In this document: in pieces, positions 50,703 through 60,596 of the stretch
Layout of the letters: each line of letters opens with the position of its first letter
Numbering within the stretch: the first letter of the stretch is position 1
Assembly (NCBI GenBank): GCA_963766475.1
Contig: CAVXZS010000003.1
Location: 169,778 to 233,777 of the forward strand
Length of the DNA: 64,000 bases
From: an uncultured Actinomycetota bacterium
GTDB lineage: Bacteria > Actinomycetota > Actinomycetes > Propionibacteriales > Nocardioidaceae
Reading direction: 5' to 3'
Position numbers and translations under genes: made by a program
Notes under the pieces: model-generated
What the model was told of the DNA's origin: nothing
What the model saw: the letters and a program-made list of their open reading frames with translations, nothing else
Database searches by the model: none

Positions 50703-51179
50703 CTAGCCCTGGGTAGCGACCTCGAAGAGCAGGTCGCCCGCCTCGACGGTCCGGCCGTCCGGTGCCGGCACCGACCCCTTGGGCCGGTCCATGGCGACGA
50801 CGGGTACGACGGCCGAGAGTCCCTCGGCCCGGGTGACCGAGACGTCCCACGTGACCATGGGGTCGCCCGCCGCGACGGTGGTGCCCTCGGTCGCGTGCAC
50901 CTCGAAGCCGCGCCCCTCGAGCCGGACGGTGTCGAGCCCCAGGTGGACCAGCACCCCGATGCCACCCGGGTCGAGCACGATGAACGCGTGCGGGTGCACC
51001 TTGACCAGGGTCCCCGCGATCGGGGAGACCACGGTGACCGGCTCGTCGCCGTCGGCCGGGTCCACGGCGACCCCTGGCCCGACCATCTCGCCGGCGAACA
51101 CCGGGTCGGGCACCTCGCCCAGCGGCAGCAGCCGCCCGGCGAGGGGAGAGAGCACCTCCACTTGCCGGGACTCCGTCAC
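50703..51179 (-). CDS. crr: PTS EIIA (glucose family)
   Basis: VPDPVFAGEMVGPG and VLVHLGLDTV motifs. Confidence 0.88.
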   Translation of the reverse strand: MTESRQVEVLSPLAGRLLPLGEVPDPVFAGEMVGPGVAVDPADGDEPVTVVSPIAGTLVKVHPHAFIVLDPGGIGVLVHLGLDTVRLEGRGFEVHATEGTTVAAGDPMVTWDVSVTRAEGLSAVVPVVAMDRPKGSVPAPDGRTVEAGDLLFEVATQG

Positions 51180-51409
51180 ATCAGGTCCTCGATGTCCTCG
51201 GCGAGGTTGTCCGCCTCCGGGCCGACGACGACCTGGACGACGTTGCCGGACTTCATGACGCCGTGCGCCCCGGCGGCCTTGAGGGCCTTCTCGTCGACGA
51301 GGCTGCCGTCCTCGACCTCGGTGCGGAGCCGGGTGATGCAGGCCTCGATCTCGACGACGTTGTCCGCGCCGCCGAGCCCGGCCAGGATCTGCTCTGCCTT
51401 GCTGCTCAA
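51176..51409 (-). CDS. Stand-alone PTS EIIB (NagF-like)
   Basis: LGGADNV..EACITRLR; TTG start inferred. Confidence 0.88.
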   Translation of the reverse strand: MSSKAEQILAGLGGADNVVEIEACITRLRTEVEDGSLVDEKALKAAGAHGVMKSGNVVQVVVGPEADNLAEDIEDLM

Positions 51410-51455
51410 TGCTCTCGCCTCCCGAGTGTGCTGACCGGAGCCGACCTCCGACCCC

Positions 51456-51502
51456 TTGACACTGCCGCAGGTCGTCGGCATCCTCCACTGGTACGTACCA
51501 GA
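51456..51502. promoter_or_regulatory. Promoter and dre-like GntR operator
   Basis: TTGACA-17 nt-CATCCT followed by the palindrome CTGGTACGTACCAG (51488-51501). Confidence 0.65.
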
Positions 51503-51577
51503 CCGTACCAATGACCGACAGGGCCGTCGAGAGGCTGTCGAGGGGCTGTTGAGGGGCGTCGTGGCGAAGGATCTCGG

Positions 51578-52345
51578 GTGATCACGGACGGGCCGCGGCC
51601 CAAGCACGCCCAGCTCCGCGACGCGCTGGTCGAGCTGGCGGCGACCGAGGGGCCGGACGTCGCGATCCCGTCCGAGCGGGACCTGATGGCGGCGTACGCC
51701 GTGTCCCGGGCCACCGTGCGCAAGGCGATCGACGGGCTGGTGGCGGACGGCCTGCTGCAGCGCATCCACGGCAAGGGCACCTTCGTCGCGCGGCCGCGGC
51801 TGGAGAGCCGGCTGCACCTGGCGTCGTTCAGCCAGGACATGCGGCGCCGGGGCCTGGTCCCGTCCACGCGGGCGCTGGGCGTCGAGCTGGACGAGCCGCC
51901 GCCGGACGTCGCGGCCGAGCTGCGGCTCGGAGCCCGGGACCTGGCTTGGCGGCTCGACCGGGTCCGGCTGGCCGACGGGCAGCCGATCGCGCACGAGCAC
52001 GGCTGGTACCCGGAGCCGCTGCTGCCCGGCCTGAGCCGCCACGACCTCGGTGGTTCCCTCTACGAGCTGTTCCGCGACCACTACGGGATGGCCATCGACG
52101 CGGCCGAGCAGACCCTGTGGGGCGAGGCCGCCGACGCGACGTACGCCGACCTGCTCGACGCGCCGCTGCACACCCCCCTCCTTGTCTTCCGGCGGGTCTC
52201 CACCTCAGCCGGGAAGCCGCTGGAGCACGTCGTGTCCCGCTACCGGGGCGACCGCTACCAGCTGCACATGTCACTGGACTCCCGCGACCCGGCGCCCGGT
52301 GGCAGCACGACTCACTCACGAAGCTCGGGAAAGGAACCGCAATGA
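51578..52345 (+). CDS. GntR/HutC-family regulator with UTRA domain (DasR/NagR-like)
   Basis: PSERDL..VSRATVRKAI..GKGTFV; nag gene context. Confidence 0.9.
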   Translation: MITDGPRPKHAQLRDALVELAATEGPDVAIPSERDLMAAYAVSRATVRKAIDGLVADGLLQRIHGKGTFVARPRLESRLHLASFSQDMRRRGLVPSTRALGVELDEPPPDVAAELRLGARDLAWRLDRVRLADGQPIAHEHGWYPEPLLPGLSRHDLGGSLYELFRDHYGMAIDAAEQTLWGEAADATYADLLDAPLHTPLLVFRRVSTSAGKPLEHVVSRYRGDRYQLHMSLDSRDPAPGGSTTHSRSSGKEPQ

Positions 52346-53610
52346 GCACTGCCGACGCCTCGGCTGGCGTGCCGACCACGTCATGGAAGGACCGGATCAA
52401 CCTCGCACCGGTCCAGAAGTTCGGACGCAGCCTGATGCTGCCGATCGCGAGCCTGCCGGCCGCCGCCCTCCTGCTGCGGCTCGGCCAGGACGACCTGCTC
52501 GGCAAGGACGGCCTCGGCTGGGACCACGTGGCTGCGGTCATCGGCGCGGCCGGCAACTCGCTCTTCGCCTACCTGCCGCTGCTGTTCGCGGTGGGTGTCG
52601 CGATCGGCATGGCGCGGAAGGCGGACGGGTCGACCGCCCTGGCGGCCGTCGTCGGCTGGCTCGTCTTCAAGGGCGTCACCGAGGCGATGTCGCCGTACGT
52701 CGTCGACGACGCGACCGTCGAGCAGGCGAAGCTCGGCACCGGAGGCATCCAGTACGGCGTGCTCGGCGGCATCGTGATGGGCCTGGTCGCCGCCTTCCTG
52801 TGGCAGCGCTACCACCGGATCTCGCTGCCGCCGTACCTCGCGTTCTTCGGCGGGCGCCGCTTCGTGCCGATCATCACGGCGTTCGCCGCGATCGTGATCG
52901 CGGTGCTGATGAGCTTCGTCTACCCGGCCTTCGACAAGGGCCTGACCAACCTCGGCGAGTGGATCACCGACAACGACGTCATCGGCGGGTTCGTCTACGG
53001 CACCCTCAACCGGCTGCTCATCCCGCTCGGCCTGCACCACATCCTCAACAACCCGCCGTGGTTCTCCTTCGGGACCTACGAGACCGGCGGCACCGAGTAC
53101 CACGGCGACATCGCCCGCTTCCTGCACGGCGACCCGACGGCCGGCGCGTTCATGACCGGGTTCTTCCCCATCATGATGTTCGCCCTGCCGGCCGCCGCGC
53201 TGGCGATCTGGCACGAGGCCAAGCCGGCGCACAGGAAGGCCGTCGGAGGCATCATGCTCTCCGCCGCGCTCTGCTCGTTCCTGACCGGGGTGACCGAGCC
53301 GCTGGAGTTCGCGTTCATGTTCGTGGCGTGGCCGCTCTACCTCCTCCACGCGGTGCTGACCGGGACGTCCTTGGCGCTGGTCAACGCGCTCGACATCAAG
53401 GACGGCTTCGGGTTCTCGGCCGGCCTGTTCGACTACCTGCTCAACTTCAACATCGCGACCCGGCCCCTGTGGCTGATCGTGATCGGACTCGCCTACGCGG
53501 TCATCTACTACTTCTCGTTCCGCTTCGTGATTCGATGGTGGAACCTCAAGACGCCCGGTCGCGAGGACGAGGGTGAGGACCTGCTGATCGAAGCGGACAC
53601 GAGTGCCTGA
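52342..53610 (+). CDS. nagE: PTS EIIC, N-acetylglucosamine-specific
   Basis: QKFGRSLMLPIA, FFGGRRFVP, GVTEPLEF and LKTPGRE motifs. Confidence 0.88.
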   Translation: MSTADASAGVPTTSWKDRINLAPVQKFGRSLMLPIASLPAAALLLRLGQDDLLGKDGLGWDHVAAVIGAAGNSLFAYLPLLFAVGVAIGMARKADGSTALAAVVGWLVFKGVTEAMSPYVVDDATVEQAKLGTGGIQYGVLGGIVMGLVAAFLWQRYHRISLPPYLAFFGGRRFVPIITAFAAIVIAVLMSFVYPAFDKGLTNLGEWITDNDVIGGFVYGTLNRLLIPLGLHHILNNPPWFSFGTYETGGTEYHGDIARFLHGDPTAGAFMTGFFPIMMFALPAAALAIWHEAKPAHRKAVGGIMLSAALCSFLTGVTEPLEFAFMFVAWPLYLLHAVLTGTSLALVNALDIKDGFGFSAGLFDYLLNFNIATRPLWLIVIGLAYAVIYYFSFRFVIRWWNLKTPGREDEGEDLLIEADTSA

Positions 53611-54754
53611 GTCCCGCCAGCCGCTGCCCCTCGGGGCGCGGGTGCTGTCCGCCGGCGCCCTCGCGCTGCCGACCGGGATGGTGGTGGACGGCTGGGTCGT
53701 CGTCGACGGCGAGCGGGTGCTCGCCGCCGGCGCCGGCGCCCCGCCCGAGCCGCCGACGTGGTCGCTGCCCGGACTCGTGGTGCCGGGCTTCGTGGACGTG
53801 CACGTGCACGGCGGGGGCGGGGCGTCGTTCGACGGCGGCGACCCGGACGCGGTGGCGACCGTCGTGCGCACCCACCTGGCGCACGGCACCACCACGATGG
53901 TGGCGAGCCTGGTCGCCGACTCGCTCGACGGGCTGGCGGCGTCGTGCTCCGCGCTGGCGGCTCTCGCCGACGAGGGGGTGGTCGCCGGCATCCACCTGGA
54001 GGGCCCCTGGCTGAGCCGGCGGGCCGCCGGGGCACACGAGCCGTCACTGCTCGTCCCGCCGACGCTCGAGGCGGTGGACCGGCTCGTCGAGTCCGCGCGT
54101 GGCCACCTCCGGATGGTCACGCTCGCACCCGAGCTGCCGGGCGCGCTGGTGGTGATCCCGGAGCTGGTCGCGGCCGGGGTCGTGGTCGCGATCGGGCACA
54201 CCGACGCGACGTACGACGAGGCGCGGGCCGCCATCGAGGCGGGTGCCACCGCGGGCACGCACCTGTTCAACGCGATGCCGCCGCTGCACCACCGCCAGCC
54301 CGGCCCGGTCGCGGCGCTGCTGGAGTCCTCGGCGTACCTCGAGCTCGTCGCCGACGGCGTGCACGTCCACCCCGCGGTGCTCGCGCTCGCCTGGAGCAAC
54401 GGCCGCACCGCGCTGGTCACCGATGCGATGGCGGCCGCGGGCGCCGCTGACGGCGAGTACACGCTCGGCTCGCTGTCGGTCGTGGTCCGGGACGGCGAGG
54501 CGCGGCTGGCCTCGTCGGGCGCGATCGCGGCGTCCACCGCGACCCTCGCCTCCTCGCTCCGGTACGCCACCTCGATGGCCGGCGTGCCGCTGCCCGACGC
54601 CCTCGCCGCCGTGTCCTCCACGCCCGCCGCGATGCTCGGCCTCGAGGGGGTGGGCAGCCTCGCGCCCGGCTCCTACGCCGACCTGGTCGAGCTCTCCGAC
54701 GACCTCGAGGTGAACCGCGTCATGCGCCGAGGAGCCTGGGTCCCCCTATCGTGA
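53603..54754 (+). CDS. nagA: N-acetylglucosamine-6-phosphate deacetylase
   Basis: PGFVDVHVHG, GIHLEGP, THLFNAM and DGVHV motifs. Confidence 0.93.
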   Translation: MPESRQPLPLGARVLSAGALALPTGMVVDGWVVVDGERVLAAGAGAPPEPPTWSLPGLVVPGFVDVHVHGGGGASFDGGDPDAVATVVRTHLAHGTTTMVASLVADSLDGLAASCSALAALADEGVVAGIHLEGPWLSRRAAGAHEPSLLVPPTLEAVDRLVESARGHLRMVTLAPELPGALVVIPELVAAGVVVAIGHTDATYDEARAAIEAGATAGTHLFNAMPPLHHRQPGPVAALLESSAYLELVADGVHVHPAVLALAWSNGRTALVTDAMAAAGAADGEYTLGSLSVVVRDGEARLASSGAIAASTATLASSLRYATSMAGVPLPDALAAVSSTPAAMLGLEGVGSLAPGSYADLVELSDDLEVNRVMRRGAWVPLS

Positions 54755-54758
54755 GCGG

Positions 54759-55334
54759 GTGGTGGCCCCGGACGTCGTAGTGGTGGACCACCACGACTCC
54801 TACACGTGGAACCTCGTCCACCTCGTCGCGTCGGTGACCGGGGTGCTGCCGACCGTCGTGCAGCACGACGAGGTCTCGCCGGAGGAGGTGCTGCGGCACT
54901 CGCACGTCGTGCTGTCGCCGGGGCCGGGGACGCCGGCTTCGAACACCGACTTCGCAGTCGGGCGCGAGGTGCTGCTGGCCGGGTCGCGGCCCGTTCTGGG
55001 TGTCTGCCTCGGCATGCAGGGGATGGTGACGACGTACGGCGGGACGGTGGACCGGGTCGCGCCCGCGCACGGTGTCGTGGAGCGGATCCGGCACGACGGG
55101 GAGGGTGTGTTCGAGGCGCTGCCGCAGCTGTTCACGGCGGTGCGCTACCACTCGCTCGCCGCGCTCCTGCTCCCCGACGAGCTGGTGGTCACCGCGTCCG
55201 ACGCCGGCGGCGACGTCGTGATGGGCGTGCGGCACGTGGCGCTGCCGCAGGAGGGCGTGCAGTTCCACCCCGAGTCGATCCTGAGCGAGCACGGCGCCGC
55301 GATGGTCGCGAACTTCCTCGCGGGCCCCTCATGA
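54759..55334 (+). CDS. pabA: Glutamine amidotransferase, aminodeoxychorismate/anthranilate synthase component II
   Basis: DSYTWNL, SPGPG, GVCLGMQ, RYHSL and QFHPES motifs. Confidence 0.85.
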   Translation: MVAPDVVVVDHHDSYTWNLVHLVASVTGVLPTVVQHDEVSPEEVLRHSHVVLSPGPGTPASNTDFAVGREVLLAGSRPVLGVCLGMQGMVTTYGGTVDRVAPAHGVVERIRHDGEGVFEALPQLFTAVRYHSLAALLLPDELVVTASDAGGDVVMGVRHVALPQEGVQFHPESILSEHGAAMVANFLAGPS

Positions 55335-55337
55335 TCA

Positions 55338-55394
55338 CCCCACGAAAGCGCGTGAGAGGCGCGCTCCGCGCGGAAGCGACACGCTTCCGCGGGG
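55338..55394. repeat. Imperfect palindromic insert between pabA and pabB
   Basis: CCCCACGAAAGCGCGT ... ACACGCTTCCGCGGGG (imperfect arms, G-U compatible). Confidence 0.6.
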
Positions 55395-55407
55395 ACCCCG
55401 AAAAGCC

Positions 55408-56724
55408 TTGAGCGCCGTCGATGCGTTCCGCGAGGCGGCGGCCGCGCACGAGCGCTGCTTCTGGCTGGACGGCGGTGGCGCGCGCGAGTGGTCCGGCCGC
55501 CGCTCGCTCATCGGCATCCTCGAGCCCGACGACGTCTCGCTCACCTACTCCGCGGCGCGGCGCGAGGTGACGAGACACGTCGACGGCGAGGCGGAGGTGG
55601 TCGGGACCGACGTCTTCACGGTGCTGGAGGAGGAGCTCGCCGCCGGGTCGCACCGCGACCAGTGGTTCGGCTACTTCGGCTACGGCTGCCGACCCGACCT
55701 CCCGGCGCTGACCGCCACCGACGGCGTACCGGACGCGGTGTGGATGCGGCCGAGCCACGTCCGGCTGTTCGAGCACGTGGGAGTGGAGGGATCCCAGGTT
55801 AACCTGGGATCCCTGAACTTCTCTGGCATTGCAACGGCCCAGAAGTTCAGCGATCCCAGGTTAACCTGGGATCCCGACGCCCCGCCGGCGACCTACGCCA
55901 CCGCCTTCGCCCAGGTCCAGGAGGCGCTGCACGCCGGCAACAGCTACGAGGTCAACCTGACCTACCGGGTGGACACGACCAGCGACCTCGACCCGGTCGC
56001 GGCGTACCTGCGGCTGCGCGCGCTCAACCCCGCGCCGTACGCCGGGTTCCTGCAGCACGACGTCGGCCCGCCGGACGGGGGAGCGCGCGGCTGGCTGCTC
56101 AGCTCGTCGCCCGAGCGGTACGCGCTCGTCACCAGGGACGACGAGGGCGACCGCACGATCGAGACCAAGCCGATCAAGGGCACCACACCGCGCGGCGCCA
56201 CGCCCGAGGAGGACGAGGAGCTGCGGCGCGCGCTGGCGACCGAGCCGAGGTTCCGCGCGGAGAACCTGATGATCACCGACCTGCTGCGCAACGACCTGGC
56301 CATGGTCTGCGAGGTCGGCAGCGTCGAGGTGCCGGCGCTGCTGGTCGTGGAGTCCTACCCCACGGTGCACCAGCTCGTCTCCACGGTCCGCGGCCGGCTG
56401 CGCGACGACGTCACGACGGTGGGCGCGCTGCGCGCGCTGTTCCCGGCGGGCTCGATGACCGGCGCGCCCAAGCTGCGCACCATGGAGGTGATCACCGAGG
56501 TCGAGGACACCGCGCGCGGGGCGTACGCCGGCGCGTTCGGCTGGCTCGCGGCCGACGGCCGCGCCGACCTCGGGGTGGTGATCCGGACCCTGACGACCAC
56601 CGGCGACGGCTCCTACCGCCTCGGCACCGGTGGGGGGATCACCGTCTACTCCTCGGTGGCCGACGAGTACGCCGAGTCGTTGTGGAAGGCCGAGCGGCTG
56701 CAACGCTCACTGTCGCGGGACTGA
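55408..56724 (+). CDS. pabB: Aminodeoxychorismate synthase component I
   Basis: SYEVNLT, SSSPER, KPIKGT, AENLMITDLLRNDL and GSMTGAPK motifs. Confidence 0.88.
   Translation: MSAVDAFREAAAAHERCFWLDGGGAREWSGRRSLIGILEPDDVSLTYSAARREVTRHVDGEAEVVGTDVFTVLEEELAAGSHRDQWFGYFGYGCRPDLPALTATDGVPDAVWMRPSHVRLFEHVGVEGSQVNLGSLNFSGIATAQKFSDPRLTWDPDAPPATYATAFAQVQEALHAGNSYEVNLTYRVDTTSDLDPVAAYLRLRALNPAPYAGFLQHDVGPPDGGARGWLLSSSPERYALVTRDDEGDRTIETKPIKGTTPRGATPEEDEELRRALATEPRFRAENLMITDLLRNDLAMVCEVGSVEVPALLVVESYPTVHQLVSTVRGRLRDDVTTVGALRALFPAGSMTGAPKLRTMEVITEVEDTARGAYAGAFGWLAADGRADLGVVIRTLTTTGDGSYRLGTGGGITVYSSVADEYAESLWKAERLQRSLSRD
55787..55875. repeat. Nested palindrome in frame inside pabB
   Basis: 35-bp arms with one mismatch, each containing the self-palindrome GATCCCAGGTTAACCTGGGATC. 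Confidence 0.92.
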
Positions 56725-56751
56725 TCGGGTCAGTACGGTTGTTGACCAACC

Positions 56752-58212
56752 ATGGCCACCATTGACGGAGTCACCGCTCCGCACGTCATCGTGCTCTTCG
56801 GTGCGACCGGCGACCTCGCCCGCCGCAAGCTGCTGCCGGGGCTGCTCCGGCTGACCCAGGCCGGACTGCTCAAGGAGGCGCGGGTCGTCGGCACCTCGCT
56901 GGAGGACATCGACACCGCCGAGTTCGTCGAGCGGGCGCGGCTGGCGTGCACCGAGTTCGGCAAGGGCCAGCTCGACGACGGCAGGTGGGAGCGGTTCGCC
57001 GAGATGCTCACCTACGTCCCGCAGGGCGACGGACCGCACGCCCTCGCCGACGCGGTGCGCAAGGCCTCGGCGGAGCTCGGCGTCGACGACGACGTACGCC
57101 TCCTGCACTACCTCTCGGTGCCGCCCAAGGCAGCGCTCGACGTGGTCCACCAGCTCGACGAGGCCGGCCTGGTCGCGCGGTCGCGGATCATCATGGAGAA
57201 GCCGTTCGGCACCGACCTCGAGTCCGCCGTCGCGCTCAACAAGGAGCTGCACCAGGTCTTCGACGAGTCGCAGATCTTCCGGATCGACCACTTCCTCGGC
57301 AAGGAGGCGGCGCAGAACATCCTCGCCTTCCGCTTCGCCAACGGCCTGTTCGAGCCGATCTGGAACCGCAACTTCATCCAGCACGTGCAGATCGACGTCC
57401 CCGAGACACTGGGACTCGAGGGCCGCACGTCGTTCTACGAGTCCACCGGCGCCTACCGCGACATGGTGGTCACCCACCTGATGCAGGTGCTGGCGTTCAT
57501 GGCGATGGAGCCGCCGACCTCGCTGCTGCCGGGCCCGATCGGCGACGAGAAGCTCAAGGTGTTCCGCTCGATGAAGCCGATCGAGCCGCAGGACGTCGTC
57601 CGCGGCCAGTACGGCGGCTACCGCGGCAAGGAGGAGGTGGCGGAGTACTCCGACACCGAGACCTTCATCGCCCTGCGCATCGAGATCGACAACTGGCGCT
57701 GGGCGGGCGTCCCGTTCTTCCTGCGGACCGGCAAGAAGATGGCCGAGGGCGCGCGCGTCATCTCGATCGCGTTCAAGGAGCCCCCGCTGTCGATGTTCCC
57801 CGCCGGCTCCAACGCCGGCATGCAGGGGCCCGACCACCTGACCTTCGACCTGGCCGACCAGTCGCGGATGTCGCTCTCGTTCTACGGCAAGCGACCCGGC
57901 CCGGGCATGCAGCTCGAGAAGCTCTCGATGCAGTTCGCCACCCACGAGACCGGCTCGTCGATCGACGTGCTCGAGGCCTACGAGCGGCTGATCCTCGACG
58001 CCATGCGCGGCGACCACACGCTGTTCACCACCGCCGCCGGCATCGAGACCCTCTGGGAGAAGTCGCTCCCCCTCCTGCAGAACGCGCCGCCGGTCCGCGC
58101 CTACGCCCCCGGCTCATGGGGCCCCAACGCCATCCACCAGCTCGTCGCGCCGCACGCCTGGCGGCTGCCGTTCGAGCGGTCGTGGCGCGACCCCAACACC
58201 ATCGGGCAGTAG
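56752..58212 (+). CDS. zwf: Glucose-6-phosphate 1-dehydrogenase
   Basis: GATGDLARRK, EKPFG and RIDHFLGKE motifs. Confidence 0.95.
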   Translation: MATIDGVTAPHVIVLFGATGDLARRKLLPGLLRLTQAGLLKEARVVGTSLEDIDTAEFVERARLACTEFGKGQLDDGRWERFAEMLTYVPQGDGPHALADAVRKASAELGVDDDVRLLHYLSVPPKAALDVVHQLDEAGLVARSRIIMEKPFGTDLESAVALNKELHQVFDESQIFRIDHFLGKEAAQNILAFRFANGLFEPIWNRNFIQHVQIDVPETLGLEGRTSFYESTGAYRDMVVTHLMQVLAFMAMEPPTSLLPGPIGDEKLKVFRSMKPIEPQDVVRGQYGGYRGKEEVAEYSDTETFIALRIEIDNWRWAGVPFFLRTGKKMAEGARVISIAFKEPPLSMFPAGSNAGMQGPDHLTFDLADQSRMSLSFYGKRPGPGMQLEKLSMQFATHETGSSIDVLEAYERLILDAMRGDHTLFTTAAGIETLWEKSLPLLQNAPPVRAYAPGSWGPNAIHQLVAPHAWRLPFERSWRDPNTIGQ

Positions 58213-58226
58213 CCGACGGGTCGGCG

Positions 58227-59657
58227 TCAGGCGGTGGTCTCGCCCGGCGGGGGCAGGTCGGGCGGCGGCTCGGCCGGCTTGGGTGAGGACGCGCCCGGGA
58301 GTCGCAGCGTCATCCGGGTGCCGCCCGACGGGGAGCGCCCGGCCTCGACGGTGCCGGCGTGCCTCTTGACGACCTGGGCGACGATCGAGAGGCCGAGGCC
58401 GGAGCCGGGCATGGCGCGCGAGACGTCGGAGCGGTAGAAGCGCTCGAAGATGTGGGGAAGGTCCCCCTCGGCGATGCCGGGGCCCTGGTCGTCGACGGTG
58501 ACCGCGCCCGCGTGCAGGGCGACCGTGACGGTGCCCGACGGCGGGCTCCACTTGGCGGCGTTGTCGAGGAGGTTGGTGAGCGCCCGCTCGATGGCGGCGG
58601 CGTCACCCTCCACGTACCAGGGGTCGGCGGAGACCTCGAACGTCAGCGACGGCGCGCGGCGGCGGACGCGCGCGACCGCGTGGTCGAGCACCTCGTGGAG
58701 CTCGACGGTGCCGATGACGGCCGGGACGGGCTCGTCGCGGGCCAGCTCGACGAGGTCGCCGACGAGGGTGGTGAGCTCCTCGAGCTGCGCGCGGACGTCG
58801 GCGAGCAGCTCCGCCCGGGCGTCCTCGGGGAGCGAGGCGCCGGCCTGGGTGAGCAGGTCGATGTTGGTGCGGAGCGAGGTGAGCGGGGTGCGCAGCTCGT
58901 GGCCGGCGTCGGCGACGAGGCGGCGCTGGCGGTCCCGCGACGCGGCGAGCGAGGCCAGCATCTGGTTGAACGCCGACGCGAGCCGGGCGATCTCGTCGTC
59001 GCCCTCGACCTGGATCGGGGCGAGCCGCTCGGTGCGGGCGATGTCCTCGGCGGCCGCGGTGAGCCGGCGCACCGGCCGGAGCCCGTTGCGCGCGACCGCC
59101 CAGCCGGCGACGCCGGCGATGATGATGCCCGCGATGCCGAACAGCAGGGTCACCAGGCCGAGCTTGGTGAGCACGTGCTGCTGCGGCTCGAGCGACTGGG
59201 CGAGGACGAGCGCCTCGCCGCTGCGCTGGGTCGGCACGGCGACGACGCGGTAGTCGACGCCACCGGCGCGGATGGTGCGCAGGCTCTGGTCGGACTCGCC
59301 GGTCGCCACGGCGAGCTCGTGCTGGTCGAGCCGGATCCGGTCGCCGCGGTCGAAGAACCGCACCGTGCCGTCGGCGCCGACGGTCGCGATCCGGACGTCG
59401 GAGGCGCCGAGCATGAACCCCGGCACGGTGTAGTCGTCGGTGATCTGGGCGATCTGCTCGGAGGCCGAGTGCGCGCGGTCCACCAGGGTGTCGTCGAGCG
59501 AGGACTGCAGCTGGTTGCGCACCGTGATGAACGCGCCGAGCGAGACGATCGCCACCGACAGGCCGACCGCCATCGTCGTCAGCAGCGTGACCCGGCTGGC
59601 GAGCGAGCGCCGGTAGTGCCAGCGCCCGTTCGGGTCGAGGGTGGGGAGGATGCTCAC
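58227..59657 (-). CDS. mprB: Sensor histidine kinase MprB-like
   Basis: [27 protein letters not shown] and [10 protein letters not shown] motifs. Confidence 0.85.
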   Translation of the reverse strand: MSILPTLDPNGRWHYRRSLASRVTLLTTMAVGLSVAIVSLGAFITVRNQLQSSLDDTLVDRAHSASEQIAQITDDYTVPGFMLGASDVRIATVGADGTVRFFDRGDRIRLDQHELAVATGESDQSLRTIRAGGVDYRVVAVPTQRSGEALVLAQSLEPQQHVLTKLGLVTLLFGIAGIIIAGVAGWAVARNGLRPVRRLTAAAEDIARTERLAPIQVEGDDEIARLASAFNQMLASLAASRDRQRRLVADAGHELRTPLTSLRTNIDLLTQAGASLPEDARAELLADVRAQLEELTTLVGDLVELARDEPVPAVIGTVELHEVLDHAVARVRRRAPSLTFEVSADPWYVEGDAAAIERALTNLLDNAAKWSPPSGTVTVALHAGAVTVDDQGPGIAEGDLPHIFERFYRSDVSRAMPGSGLGLSIVAQVVKRHAGTVEAGRSPSGGTRMTLRLPGASSPKPAEPPPDLPPPGETTA

Positions 59658-60370
59658 GCTTCCTTCAGGACGTAGCCCACCCCGCGCACCGTGTGGATCA
59701 GCCGCGGCTCGTCCTCTGCCTCGGTCTTGCGGCGCAGGTAGCCGACGTAGACCTCGAGCGAGTTCGCCGTGGTAGGGAAGTCGTAGCCCCACACCTCCTC
59801 GAGGATGAAGCTGCGCTCCAGCACCCGGCGCGGCCGGCGCAGGAACATCTCGAGCAGGGTGAACTCGGTCCGGGTCAGCTCGATCCTCCGGTCACCGCGG
59901 CGCACGTCACGGGTGGCGAGGTCCATCGACAGGTCGGAGAACGTCAGCAGCTCGTCCTCCTCGCCGGCCGGCACGGTCGCCCGTCGCAGCAGCGCCCGCA
60001 GGCGGGCCAGCAGCTCCTGCAGCGCGAACGGCTTGGTGAGGTAGTCGTCCGCGCCCGCGTCGAGCCCCTCGACCCGGTCCCCGACGGCGTCGCGCGCGGT
60101 GAGCACCAGGATCGGTACGTCGTTGCCGGCGGCCCGCAGAGCGCGGGTGGTCTCGATCCCGTCCAGCCGCGGCATCATCACGTCCATCACGACGACGTCG
60201 GGAGCCGACGCGGCGCCGGCGGCGCTCAGCCCGGCCAGCGCCTCGGCGCCGTCCGAGGCGACCGCGACGTCGTAGCCGTTGAACTCGAGCGACCTGCGCA
60301 GTGACTCCCGCACGGCCTTGTCGTCGTCCACGACCAGGACGCGCTGCCTTGCTGCAACGGGGCTGCTCAC
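59654..60370 (-). CDS. mprA: OmpR-family response regulator MprA-like
   Basis: [15 protein letters not shown] and [15 protein letters not shown] motifs. Confidence 0.88.
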   Translation of the reverse strand: MSSPVAARQRVLVVDDDKAVRESLRRSLEFNGYDVAVASDGAEALAGLSAAGAASAPDVVVMDVMMPRLDGIETTRALRAAGNDVPILVLTARDAVGDRVEGLDAGADDYLTKPFALQELLARLRALLRRATVPAGEEDELLTFSDLSMDLATRDVRRGDRRIELTRTEFTLLEMFLRRPRRVLERSFILEEVWGYDFPTTANSLEVYVGYLRRKTEAEDEPRLIHTVRGVGYVLKEA

Positions 60371-60392
60371 GGCACCACTGTGCCAGCCACGC

Positions 60393-60409
60393 CTGAGTCG
60401 GCGCTGAGA
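60393..60409 (-). promoter_or_regulatory. MprA box (autoregulation)
   Basis: TCTCAG-N5-ACTCAG on the minus strand, upstream of mprA. Confidence 0.65.
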
Positions 60410-60596
60410 GCGCGCAGGTCAGAGCCGGTCCCGCTACGCCGGGGATCTGGACCGCCAGCGTCAGCCGACCCGGTCGGCGGACAGGAGCCGCTCGGCCAGG
60501 AGACCTCACGGGCGGCGGGCTTCGGTCTTCGCCCGCGAGGACGCGGAGGCCGGGTTAGAGTCACGTCCTCGTCTGTCGAGTCACGGGGAGCCTGAC

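Noticed and set aside
48594-56724. Phenazine or other secondary-metabolite cluster
   Set aside because: No phzA/B/D/F/G, NRPS or PKS genes; neighbours are GlcNAc and folate genes.
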